A stretch of DNA of 64,000 nt, from NCBI GenBank assembly GCA_009103225.1, contig RHPI01002262.1, forward strand, positions 474,317 to 538,316, written 5' to 3'. Of the stretch, positions 1-12,474 are shown in pieces; position 1 is the stretch's first letter; each line of letters starts with the position of its first letter. The position numbers and the translations under genes are program-made. This stretch comes from Chlorokybus atmophyticus. Lineage: Eukaryota > Plantae > Mesostigma and Chlorokybus algae. Under the pieces are notes generated by a model that saw nothing but the letters and a program-made list of their open reading frames with translations, had not been told where the DNA came from and did no database searches.

Positions 1-1357
1 AAATGCCCGTAACTTGGCTGTCAACAAATCCCAAAAAACATGCATTATTACAAGTTGTGCCAGCGCGCTCGTCACATGCGGTTTTTGTAGCATAATACGG
101 GAAAACAGGGTGCTTGCAAACTCGGCGCTATTGCGGTAACTTTCGACATCCTGCTAATAGATTTGTACCAGTTGGCATCTTGCGCATTGTTATGTTGGTA
201 CTATGAGATGTGAAGAAGCACGCAGTGTTTTTGTGTCAATGGCCAATTGTTTTTTAGCAAGCTATCAAAGATTACAATAGTGTGCATACAATGGCAATCA
301 GGAGGATGTGTTAATTAAGAATTTGCATCTACAACTCAAGCACACGTTGTCTCATAACCAGTTTTGACATGTGGATGCTGTAAAATATAAAAAGTAATGG
401 CCAGCACCCTTGTGTTCTGGGACTGTTAGCCATAACTCTATTTACAACTTGGCAACTATGCGAAGCGAATTATAAACGTGCATGTTGCATTGCATCCGTG
501 TTGATGTTTTTCTTGATATGTTTGCGTACGCGTTTTGTTATGCATAATGATAGCAAGAAATCATAATTGCTACTACTACAATATAGCCAATTGGTATTCT
601 AGTATTGGAGTTGTTACCTTGGATTGAATGATGGTACTCTTGGTGCTTATCTTTGCACATGCGTGAGATAATCGGAACCACAAGCAATGCAATCATCAAT
701 CATCATTAAAGCATGAAAGACTTAAACTTGGCAGATCACTTTCAAGTAACACAGGTCATCAACCAAATTGAAAAGCGTTGCTGATACATGAGCGCTTCAA
801 ACATAAACCGTCCGGAAGATGTTCTGGGTGATGCCAGAGTTACCAGGTGAGGTCTCCCTTGGTCATGTAAGGTATGAGGGTGACTACAGCAGCCCAATGT
901 ACACGGCGCCACCACGACATCAGAGCGCTGCGCCGCGCCGTACTAACTAATATGACATGTCACGTGACAGCCGATTTAGCGCGAAGTCACGTGTACTCAC
1001 TCCTGCCACCACCGTCCGATGCGCCATTCCCGCAGGATCGGACGGCCTCAAGGCCCTGTTGCCATTTCCAGCCACATACGAAAGCATAGCTCAGAGCTCA
1101 CTCACAGACACGCGCACACATACACACACGATTGTGGGCAGGAAGCTGTGGCATACACAGGCATTGAAGCAGTGGGTTGAGCTTGGAGTAGCATAGCATA
1201 GCAGAGCTGTGAAGTGTACACACAAACACACACACTTGAATCAAACACACTTGGCACGCAGTGTGAGTGTGGTTGGTGCTGCTGCAGTAGGTGAGGGAAG
1301 GTTTGAGGCTGCAGGAAACAGCAGACACAGAGAGGGAAGAAACAACCAGCAGCAGCC

Positions 1358-2452
1358 ATGGGTATCTTTGGAAGGTGAGAGACTTCCAGAGGAGTCCACC
1401 TGTGAGCGTGCGTGTGCGTGTGCGTGTGTTGTGAGTATGCGTGTGTGTGCGTGCATGATTACATGGGCATATGTGTGCGTGTGTCTGAGTGTGTCTGTGC
1501 GTATGCGTGTACATGTGCCTTTTGTCTCTACGTGACTGCATGGGTGTGCTTGTGTTCATGTGCTGCCAACACCAACATTGCAATCCGCACTTGCAGGAGG
1601 CGACTGCCAAGATCAGAGGCTGCTGCGGCCGCAGCGGCAGATTGCGGCGCAATCCGGATGCAGTTGGATGGCACCACAGTCCTGTTTGAGAAGGGTCAAT
1701 GGCGCTGCGGTGAGTTGATCAATTGCTGATGGCTTATCATCGTTCTGCGTAGAAGTGTGGAAGTAGCAGTGGCTGACTGGGAGCTCACAAATTGTCGCAG
1801 AGGGTATGCAAGGCCTTCCCAACTCAAAGGAAGGCATAGAGCAGGAGCTTATGGAGCTGAGGAACACCAACAAGAAACAGGTATGTGCCATCTAAAGCAC
1901 ATCGCTCTATATACAATTGACCATAACCCGCACAGTACGTCCATGCTGCAAGGTACATTATTCAAGTCTGTTGGTGTGCCTGCTGGAAGGCAGAATGCTT
2001 GATTGAAGTCGATCTCCCTTCAGTTTAGCTTTCTGATGAGATATCCTGCGATTACTAGGTCAAGGAGCTTGATAGGCTAAAGGCCAAGTTGGGAGAGAGG
2101 AAAGAACTGCAGGAAAGGTGGAATCTGCTAGACTTCAAGTATCAGCTCCTCATTGACATGGTGAGAACATGTCTCTTTGACTGTGTGTGCGCGCATGTCC
2201 TTGAGTTATATTTCCGTCGCTTACTCTTCAGCATGCTAAGTGATTCGCTTCTGATGTGTGGGGATGTTGTTTGCACAGTGGACTATGAGGGTGCTGGACA
2301 ATGAGAAGGAGCAGAAGGAGGGTTATGAGGTGACTGCGACACAAGGGCGTCACAGTCATCATGAGAAGACCGCAAGCGAGTACTCGCATCCTGGCGAGAA
2401 GAAGAGGGAGTCACGGCCTCATTCTCTCAAAGCGCACTCCATGTACACATAA
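1358..2452 (+). CDS. CBY1: Chibby (CBY1)-family ciliary/basal-body coiled-coil protein, 5 exons
   Basis: Exons 1358-1374, 1597-1709, 1801-1880, 2059-2160 and 2279-2452 join in frame with GT-AG introns. Product: MGIFGRRRLPRS...MQLDGTTVLFEKGQWRC...ELQERWNLLDFKYQLLIDMWT. These blocks resemble the Chibby N-terminus (MPxFG), the MNLAGQSLKFENGQW block and the LEEENNLLxLKxDILLDML coiled coil (recalled). Confidence 0.75.
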
Positions 2453-2772
2453 AACCCCAACAACACGCCATGTACAGATTTGGTATCAGGTAGCTTAGCT
2501 GGGGGATGCATACATATCCACTTAATAAAAACCAACCGTTTCAAGCCTGCTTTGCTTTCATGCGCATAACGCAGTCACGTGTAACATTCTTGAAAGACTG
2601 TTGTAACTCATCCCACGCAAGTCTTCTCAACCACCAACGCAACCCATAAAATCGCATATACGTGTATGCCTGTGTGCACACATGTACACAACCACACAAA
2701 GCAGCGATTCCATCCAGGTAATTTTGGTGTTGTTCCAGTCCATCAACAGGTACAACACCTGTCCTATTCCAT

Positions 2773-5700
2773 TCACAGCTTGAGGGCCTGCGCTTGGACT
2801 GCGGGTCTTTCGGCATTTTCTTTGGCTGTCCTGGCCCTCTTGCTGCCCCCAACGCCCTGTGCTGCTGTGCGCTCGTCCTCCAGCTGCCCAAATAGCTGCA
2901 CAGATACAGGAAGGCAGGGTTAATGTGTGTTTGGAAATCAGAAGCAAACGAACAAATAAACAAGTTGACGACGACGAGCAGCAACACATCCAACAGTAAG
3001 CAAGCTCGCACGTGCACAAATACTGATGGGAGATGCAGGTGAACAGCAGTGCATCGTGCCAGCTCATCAATGCACACATATACACACGCGGGCATTTGCA
3101 CAGCTGCTGCCAGCTGTGCATATGCTGAACACGTGAACATCATGCACACTCTGAGAGCACCAGTCGTACTGCCCGTGTAAGCAATTTTAACATGCCTTCT
3201 ATACACTCTCGTGCGCACATGTAGCCAATGGCAGGTGACATACAGCATCACACATGCATGCACATCATATGTACGTATACACACCTGTGTGGATTTGGTG
3301 TAGTTGGCGCCTCCGTCCCGCTTCCGTGTCGCCCCTCGCATGGCCTTTTCGGCATCTCGGTCCGCCCGTGTTGACCTCCCGCGTGCCTGAGCCTCGGCAT
3401 CTTTCGCCTTTTGCGATGCCTCTCTGGACACATCTGCCGCTGCACACGACAACAGGAGAGATGAGTGGGCAAGAAGATAGGTTGTTAACTGCAAGGAAAT
3501 GTAACTGCTTGACACAACATGCACACAATGCCTTGTCCCTTGCCTTTCTTCTGGCGCTTCCTCTTGGCTCGAAGCCGCTTGCGTTCCTCTTGCGTAAGCT
3601 CGCTCTCGCCCTTCACGGCCCCTCGCGCCACGCCTCTCACTCCACCCCGTTCCTCACCACCTATGGACAACCAAGATTATGTTTTGACAACACTGATCAG
3701 AAATGTGTCATGCATTCGCCAAGTCCAACACTCCAACTGCAACTGTTCACACGTGTACACCACTGCACAAAAGTGTGCTATGTGCTGCGACCAAAAGTCC
3801 ACATGAACTGAACACACCCAAGGACTGGATGCAGCTCAACACCACAAGTCTGCATTAGTTCCATGCATGTGTATAATAGGGTCATGACTCCTTCTTGCCT
3901 TGGAATATCTCTTCGGGGGCCAGGAGGTTGGCGTCGCTGACACCAACAGGGGCAACCTCTTCGAGGGCAAGGGCGGGGACGTCCGCGCGCACGGCCATGT
4001 CCTCGATGACGGGCTTCGGTGCATAGTGGTAGTGCGACAGGGCGTCGAGCTTCACACACAAGGCCTTGAAGAGCAACTGAGCCTGCGTGCAAGACATGAA
4101 CTTGTTCGTGCATGACGTACACATGTATGTGTATGTGGAGTGAATTGCATGTGCTCATGTATCTGTGCATGTGTGTGCGTGTGTATGTCTATATGTGCAC
4201 CCACCATGTGTGCATGTAGGTGCTTATATACACTGCATACGTACGTGCATGTGCGTCAGGTGGCGTAACGACTTGGCAATGTGCGTGCGTTTTAGGTGCC
4301 TCAACGGGTACATGACCAGCACAACAAGCATCAACAACATCATACCTCCTTCTTGATCGCATCTGCCTCACTGACAGATGTCACGGCATCAACCCCCGCA
4401 GCCACCCGCATGTAATCCTCCTCATAGATCTCCGCCAGGCCTTTGCTACTCTTTTTCTCGTCCTAAGCAGCAAAGCTACACCTTCAGGCACACAACAACA
4501 AACAACAAGCCTCCAACATGACTTGAAAGGCTGCTTCTGCAGCTATACACCCCACATCACACAAAAACCCCAACCTATGGAGCAGCAAGTCCACATCTTT
4601 CCAAACTCACCACTTCTACACGATCTTTAACCGGCGCAGTTGAAGGTGGCGCTTTGCGCTGGACATCATCAAACTGGGCCTGCACACGTGTGTTGCATAT
4701 GAGCAGACTGGCAGCGTGTTGTGTATGCGTGTGTTATCTCCAATACACTCACATCGGCAATGCGCTTCTTTATGATGTCTTCGAGCGTCTGCGTGACCTC
4801 CTCAGTGATGACGGGGGCGGGCCTCTGCACATGCTCAAAGTCCAGTTGCGCCGACAGCACGCTGTTTTGGGGCCGCTTCGAACCGGTCACCTGTTGTTGT
4901 GTGTTGATGAGATGCGTCACGGCAGAGCGAGGCACAAGTATGGCAACAAACACAATAGCCACAACACAACATTACCTCTCCAGCCATGAGCCAAGCTGCA
5001 GGGGACAGGTTGGCGTCTTCAAGTGCAGCAACTTTCTGTGCCAGCCTTTGCGCGCGGATCTCATGTGTTGACTGCATTGGGTACACGTATTTGTGATGCT
5101 TCAGCAACTTTCTTTAGGAGCAGAAGTGGACATACACATAGATGCCATTGACACAACATGTGCACGTACCAATTTCCCGTTGCTCTCTTTCTCGTTGGAA
5201 CGACCGCTGGGCTCTGCAGTTGAAGCAGCTTGGATGCGCTCGTATGCAACCTACAGGAGAAACGAGTGCGCACTTCAGCAAAAACACATGTACACAACAC
5301 AAGCAGCAGAGTGTAAGCAAGTGAACTCACAGTCAAAGTCTGCTAGAAAACAACGACAACTTACGTCATCAGTGTCTTGAACGTCGTCTTCTTCATCACC
5401 AGACTCCTCGCCCTCATCCTCATCATTGTCCTCGCCCTCATCATCTTGTTGACCGCTATCATCATCAAAGAAGTCTTTGTACTTAATGCTCTTCTCTCTC
5501 CTCGCTTTGTGTCGCCCGGCCAACTCCTCAAAGCCCTCTTCATCCTCGTCACCCTCATCCCCCCCATCCTCGTCATCTTCATCCTCATCTCCCTCTTCAT
5601 CTCCCTCTTCACCTTCCTCATCTTCCTCATCTTCATCTTGATTGTACTCTCTGTCTTCCGCATCAGCAACGAAGCGTTCCATATCATCTAGACTGAGAAA

Positions 5701-7356
5701 CTCATCTTCGACAGGGCGCTTCACCCCCTTGGCAGTCTTGGTAGCCACTGTTTTGACTTTGCTTTTAGCGTTGAAGTTGCGCATGACTTCCGTTTCATTG
5801 CGTTGGTCAGGATCGCTGGCAGAGGGTGCCTACAAAAGCAAGGACAAAGCAGCAGACTTCAATGACAGTTCTGAGGAGCCCGCACACAACACCCACCATG
5901 GTTTGGGCGTATGCACATGCGCACGTGTGTGAGTGTGCATGCGTGGGCATGTGCGCGCGTGTGTGTGCACGTGGGTTTGTTGTTCAAGCAGGCGTGCAAC
6001 AATGACTGCTTGCGCTGATGTTGGGTTTGCACACCTCGTCACCGGTCTCTTCAGCGGACTGATTCGCCTGCTCGCCATTGGCATCCCCACGTAAAGAAGG
6101 CTCTTGGTCCTGCACATCATCGCACACATGGTTGTTCACTACCCAATCAAGTGCAAAACAACACAAGAAACTGTAACAAAGGCACATGCACACGCATGCC
6201 ACTTCAGAATATACACACGCACCTCTGAAATAAGCTTTATGTCATCACTCCTGGCCTCAACCCTCCGCAGCCTGCGTCGTGCGGCGGAGAGCAGCGGCCC
6301 CGTCAGGCTGTCAATTTGAACCCAAACCTGCTCCGGGTCCAGAACAGGGTCGGCATGCAGGGCGCGCTGGGGTGCTGAGGGGAAGAAGAAACAGAAAAAA
6401 GATTTTGTTGGGCTCTTTGGAGAGGAGATGATAACAACTTACTCCCACATACACGGGATGAGAGGAGAGGGACGCAGCCACATACAGCACGAGACTGCGG
6501 TTGGGTAAGGACAAAGGTGCAGTAAGATGCTTGGGAGCAACAAGTGACAAGTTGAACGAACGCTCATGTACCCATCACAACGTTCTTCCTAAGTGCGCCA
6601 CCCGAGTTCAATTCAGTGACAGATGTGCACGCAAACCTTGTACGTACAGTGAGACTACGCAAATGCATGTACCTCTGATGTGACTGCTTAACAGCGTCAA
6701 CAGTTGCGCTCACAAACGTAGCATGCGACACAACAAAGTGCATGCAAATTGCGTCATCCGTGCATGCCCTGATAGTGTTTGTGGGCTTTCAAGTAATGAT
6801 TGTAGTGATGCAAGCCTGTGCAGAGAGAACAGAAACTACTGGACAACAGCATTGTTGCTCAATAATGATGCCAGCCTGTGGAGATTCACGCTCTCTCTCA
6901 CAATGCTACTGTGCAAGACGTTACTACAACAAGCCTAAAGCCTGATTACATGCAGGTCATAGTTGATAACGCCATGTCAAGTTACCTGCAAGTAGGGTTG
7001 GTAGAGTACAAACCCTACCAACGCACATACATGCACAGGCTGGCACGTACAGCACCTGCTTACTACATTGCTGAGTTGTTTATTTCGTGCAACTTGCCAG
7101 AGACTGCGAGAATACAAATTGAACAAGTCTGCACGTAACCATGCATGATGCTTTCAAGATCCAGATTGCCTTGGCCTGGCCTAGTACCTGAAGTCAGACT
7201 GGCGGCGGCCTGGGCGAACAAAGCGGCGGCGGCGCTGCGGGCGGCGGCACCGAGCTCCCCAGACGGCGTCAGGAACGCCGTCGGCCCGCCCGCCACCAGC
7301 TTCCCTGCCCACTCCTCCCATCCCCCTCCCGCCCCCAACGCCACCGGCGCCACCAT
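2773..7356 (-). CDS. MPP10: U3 snoRNP / SSU processome protein Mpp10, multi-exon
   Basis: Exon peptides: AFLTPSGELGAAARSAAAALF; LDPEQVWVQID; a long D/E acidic tract with KSIKYKDFFDD; RPQNSVLS..LDFEHVQRPAPVITEEVTQTLEDIIKKRI; KSSKGLAEIYEEDY; LDALSHYHYAPKPVIEDM..VPALALEEVAP; ELTQEERKRLRAKRK; C-terminal QALKL* (stop 2773-2775). ATG at 7356. Internal exon borders were only partly traced. Confidence 0.92.
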
Positions 7357-7589
7357 GTCGCCGACCTCCAATTGGTTGTCGGCGGCGGTGGCGGTGGCGG
7401 TGGCGGTGGCAGTAGCGTTGGCGGCTTTCGTTACGGCGCGAGGAGCACAGCATCGTAACCGGATGTTACCCCCGGCGGGACGACGGCAGGAGGCACGGCG
7501 AGCCGACGGTATCCCCCGTGCGATCGTAATCGACCGTTTTCCGACCTCATCCGGGACAGCGACCGGTCTGGGGACGCTCCAGTCTACCC

Positions 7590-7835
7590 CTTTAAGAGCA
7601 TACTATGTGTCCTCCGCTATCTAATTCACTTGGCGTCCAAGAGCATATTATGGTGTCAAGAGCATAAATACGCTTTAAGCGTGGTTTCATCACGCCCATC
7701 ACGCCTACTGCATCACGCGTATTCACGTTAATTGCGCCATCACGCCCGTCACGTTAATTGTGCGTCCCACTTTGCCATCGCGCCCTAATCATCACACGCG
7801 TCACGCGTTAAGCCACTCCCGTCACACGCTACTCC
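7590..7835. repeat. Short-motif cluster: three AAGAGCATA followed by about 9-10 TCACG(C/T)-like motifs
   Basis: AAGAGCATA occurs near 7593, 7638 and 7658. CATCACGC/GTCACG motifs recur from about 7688 to 7830, and TCACGTTAATTG occurs twice. Confidence 0.7.
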
Positions 7836-10800
7836 CCCGACCTTAAAATGTCGCTCATAAAAACTTGCGGTTAGTACATAAAATACATATATACTCTTCG
7901 CAGTTAAGCATATTCTCTCAGGCACCAATATTTGTCTATATTTCATGTGATGGTTGCTTTACAATAACCATTAGACAATTTAGGGCATCAATTCAGCAAG
8001 AGTCGTTGCATCGCGGAGTATTCACATCGCTATCGCACAAAAGTTATATTCATGGGAAGCAACCGGGCATAGCTAGACTGCGACGGCACTTCGCACCCTA
8101 TTAGCGGTATATTTCGATTCAGCGGCCAGCATCTTGAGTTCTTGCTCAAACAAAAGAATGTAAGGTTTTTCCTCGCATATTATTATCCTCACCACTAATC
8201 AGGTGTGGTTGATACCAACATCTCAATGGTCGTATCCTTTGAATTGAACTTAAAACCACACAACCACAGATATGGCTACTAGCTCGCGCAGACGCAAGCT
8301 GTTGTCAGGTCAGGTGCTGCTGAGTGATGAGTATTTGACCCTTCTCGCATGCAAGGGAATTGCAAGTTATGTACGCGAGTCTCCTGCATGCAAGTGGGTT
8401 CTGCACGCGTCTGACTGCAATTGACGTAAGATGAGTGCTGAATGGACGTACCAGCACTGACATGTGTGCTGCCATGGCCGTCTGCATGTGCTCTACTGTG
8501 ACAGTTAACATGTATCAGACGAAAGCTTTACTTGTCATTTGCTTATTGGTAACTGTTATACTGTCAATACGTATGTAGTTAATGGCCTTGCCCATGGCCT
8601 CGCGAACATGCTTGGAACACCAGGGGTTGCTCACAACCACCATTTGTTAATTACACTTTTCATGCTTTGTAATAGATATGAGTATTAATTTCCTTCCTCG
8701 ATTAATAGACAATTCAAGGCTGACAATGCGATGACAACCCTCCCACAAGTGCACAACATGAGCGCCGAGCGGGCGGCGCATCTGAACCTCTCAATGGGTA
8801 CAGTGGCTTTGCCTGATGTGGCAATAAAACGAAGCCTTGCTGCAAAAGATATCATTTGCATTCACGATGGTAATAGACAAGCATATTACGTTACAAAGCC
8901 GGCCCGTACATGCAGCGTAGAACGCTCGTGTGTTACCGCCGTAAAAGCAGGAAAGACCCTTCATAGAAGGATTTATTTCATTGCAAAAAGATGATAAAGC
9001 CACACAAATCTATTGAGAGGGTCAAAACTTGCCGCCAGATTGGCGCTCATATTGTGGGAGGGTTGTCAACGCGTTGTTGGCCTAGAGCAGTTTGTATATC
9101 GAAACAGGAGATCAATATTCATACCAACCTATCACAAAGCACAAAGAAGCAAGAATCCGTATTTGATACTTAATACTGCTTCATTTATTAACATTTATAT
9201 GACATTCAATTCATCTCGAGTGTGAGACATCGCTCGACCTCAACTCTGTGAGAACATGGTAGGTGCTTGTGCTTAATAGAATGTTAAAAGTATGCGTTTT
9301 CAATCAACACTCACTCAACACGTTGTGCAGCGTCGCGCAGAGTGTGTCGTACAAACTTGATGCTACACAAGTGGCCTTGCGAGTTTGTGCTGCCGTTGGC
9401 AGCTACAATCAAATTGTCACCTTACTGTGCACATAATACAATGGCGATATCATGTGCGTGTATCATTCAGTGGTGTTGCCACTGGCTACTTGGTCGACAT
9501 CGATGCTAGCTACCATAGTGGATATCATGTTGTCGGCATTAAAAGTGCGCTATCAAATTACAAATGTTGTTGGATATCGTACGGCGCAATAACAATCATC
9601 AATCACCAACTATGCATGCTATCCATGACATATGTCTCAAACATTTACTTTATTAGGACTTGGCAGTCATGTGTTATATGACCGCAATCCAAGCCATGGC
9701 CATGGCTATGCGGGCTGGTGCAAGCGCAAAAAATGAAGACTCTCTTTATCAGGTGCGCTATTCTGTCACAATAACATGAACTTGTTAATCAAAGTCCCCT
9801 TTGTCACAGAGCAAGGTGTAACCTTGCAATGTGGTGCCGCCGATATTTATGTTTATACCGTCAGCACCATGTGGTGGACTATATTAAATTATTTTTTATT
9901 AAATGTGGTCTTTAACGTGTTAGAATTTGCTGCTAAACCTTGCATGGCTTGTGGAGTCTACTTTATAAGCGCCACTTCTGATATGTTAAGCCCAGCAGCA
10001 GCATCGATCGTGATAAAGATTGCTCCGCACAAACAGTAGTTCATTACCTGTCAGCGTTTGTATGTCGGCCAGTTGCAACAAGTGAACACTCGGATTACTG
10101 TTTACATAGTATGCTCTTAACACCAGCTTATACCTTAACTCCATTCAAGATGAATGAAGTGCTCCAATTAGACAAACTTTCAAACGCACACAGCTTCCTC
10201 GAAAAATCGCGGTACTGCACCACCTCGGCATGCACGACGTGTTGAGTTTGCCTTAACTTAGTAGCAGAGGGTACTCTTATTGAGTGCATTCAGGCATCCC
10301 GCATGAAAGGTGCAGCTGCTGTTCTCACTACAAAGTGTGGAGCACCTCTCCTGCCAAGCTCTGGCACGTTACCGATCTTAAACATGACAGCCCTGCAGCA
10401 GCTTGCTGCTGACCTGCTAGAGATCTTATTTTCTTGCAAGTATACTGTTGTAGCTGCTTTTCGCATTTGGATAGCCGCATGATAAGCGCGTGTGTGTATG
10501 GGCGTACCCACGCTTGCAGTCCATGGGGTGCTCGCTTAGGCCAACATTCTTCACTTTGAGCACAACAAGGACGTGCTTCACAACGATTTGTGTCCGGAGA
10601 ACAGTGCTACTAGTATACTAGTACACGTGCACGTGATGATGGTACTCGATAGGGGCCGTTTGACCTAGGCGGCGCGATGTGCGCGGCGATAGGCATCAAA
10701 GAGCCAGCATTTGGCCGTTATTTGTATAGCTCGCGGACGTGGAGCTCTCAGTCGGCGTCCCATACTTGCACGGGGACTGCGAGTCCTTAGTGTACACGCT

Positions 10801-12474
10801 GCTAGCTCTCTCCGTGATAGTGCACACGCCTCTGCCGTGGGCGCACGCCGCTCAGCAGCGAGACACACACATAATAAGCCTCTGCGCCCGGCGATGGGAC
10901 ATGATTAGGCTGGCACCCCATAAGAAGCCTCTACGCGCGTTTGCAGATGGCGTGTTTGCAAGCATATAGAAAAATCAGCCGCATGCAATGCCGGAGTAGG
11001 TGTCTACGCAGGGAGCTTCTCTGACTCCTGAAGCTTCAAAGTCCTTTTAAAGCATGTGCCTGCAGGGCCTGATGGATCCCTCCCTTGGCATGATGTCCTC
11101 CTCAACAATGTTGTGAAGGGTAGAAAGGTCGCATGCAAGCAGTAAATGAACAAAGAGAGCCGGAGGTTGAGATTAGCAATGGGTATTCGTGTAAGGTGAC
11201 AGAGTCCCGCAGGAGAACACGTGTGCTGTATGAACTGAACACTGCAATGACTGCACACATGCTTGACCTCAGTGCCACTCACGGCACGGTGCACCTCCTG
11301 ATCGAGGCTTCCAACATAAGCGCCCGTGCCAGATTATAGGTCAAGCCACCAGCTTTCCGGCATCATTAAGCCGTAGTGGCCTGAGAGACTGCGAGAAGAT
11401 GGACCCATATCAGCATGAGAAGAGGTACTAAGAACAGCAACAGGAATAACAATAACAACATTGACATGACATGAAGTCTTCTTGTGTGACCTGCAGCATG
11501 CTAACCACGCAATGGTCTGCGCATATGGACAACTACAATATCAACACAACGCAGTTGATGGCACCAGTAGTTTGTTGCTGGAATCACTCACTTCACATAT
11601 AGTGACAGCGTAGTTGTAGTAAGGCCAGTTTAAGGCCAGTATAGTGTAGGAGATGGTGCAGGAGGTTGTGTATGCTGTGCTCATCGAATTCAAGCCCGCT
11701 TTGTGGTAGTGGCAGCGATGTTAAAACCACCACTTCTGGTGATGATGTTGCTGTATACAAGTATTGCTGCTACAACCACAAGTACTACTGCCTCCACATG
11801 TAGCAGTACTGTAGGGTATTGGCACTGTCAGTCATACTGCCACACTAGTATTGACGCAAGCAACAGAACTGCTACAACAGCAGCAGTGGAGACACCACTT
11901 CTGTGATGCCACTACAACATCACTGCAAATAGTTCCACGACAACATGCACAGTACCACTCTGCGCACGCCAGTCATGCCTGCCTCTTTGTCCATTTGATT
12001 CAGGGCGTGCAAGTCAAGGAGAGAGGGGGTAAAGAGGTGTTGGGTCGGGTGCCAACACCAGTGTAGAGACAGAATCACTGGCAAACAGGCATGATGGAAA
12101 CATTGAAGAACCAAACCAAAGTGTGGGTACACACGCATACGCACAAAAGTGTGACACAACACACCCATGCGCATGCATGCGCACACACGTGCGCTTATGA
12201 GTGAGGGTGAGTGTTTTTGTACGTGCACATGTGCATATCTGCGTGCATGCGTGTATGTGCGTATCAAGTGCGTGTGTCTGTGTGCGTCTGTGCGTCTGCA
12301 TGTGCGTGTATGGCCTCCTGTATCGATATGCGTGTGAGGAAGTGCGCGCAAGCGTGTGCACGCATATGTGTGTTTGCTGCCAACATCACCAGTACATTGC
12401 CACTCTTGCAGGCAGCTGCAAAAAATGGAAATGCCTTCGGCCGCCAAAGACTTTTCTACTACAGTGGACTGGCA

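Noticed and set aside
874-1729. Many overlapping His/Thr- or Cys/Val-rich ORFs (also at 12.0-12.6, 37.7-38.1 and 46.4-47.1 kb)
   Set aside because: They are translations of (CA)n/(TG)n intronic repeats with no coding signal.
2541-3524. 327-aa minus-strand ORF
   Set aside because: It is a read-through of MPP10 3-prime exons and (TG)-rich introns, not a separate gene.
5377-5691. Very hydrophobic plus-strand ORF resembling a membrane protein
   Set aside because: It is the antisense shadow of the MPP10 acidic D/E tract.
7860-10100. AT-rich block with short ORFs (e.g. 8731-8994, 8991-9173, 9385-9681)
   Set aside because: No motifs and no consistent splice chain; could be decayed TE DNA but cannot be supported.
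10900-12470. Plus-strand exon-like pieces (MDPYQHEKR, EMVQEVVYAVLIEFKP)
   Set aside because: Candidate joins hit stop codons; possibly a lncRNA or a tiny gene, but no supportable CDS.
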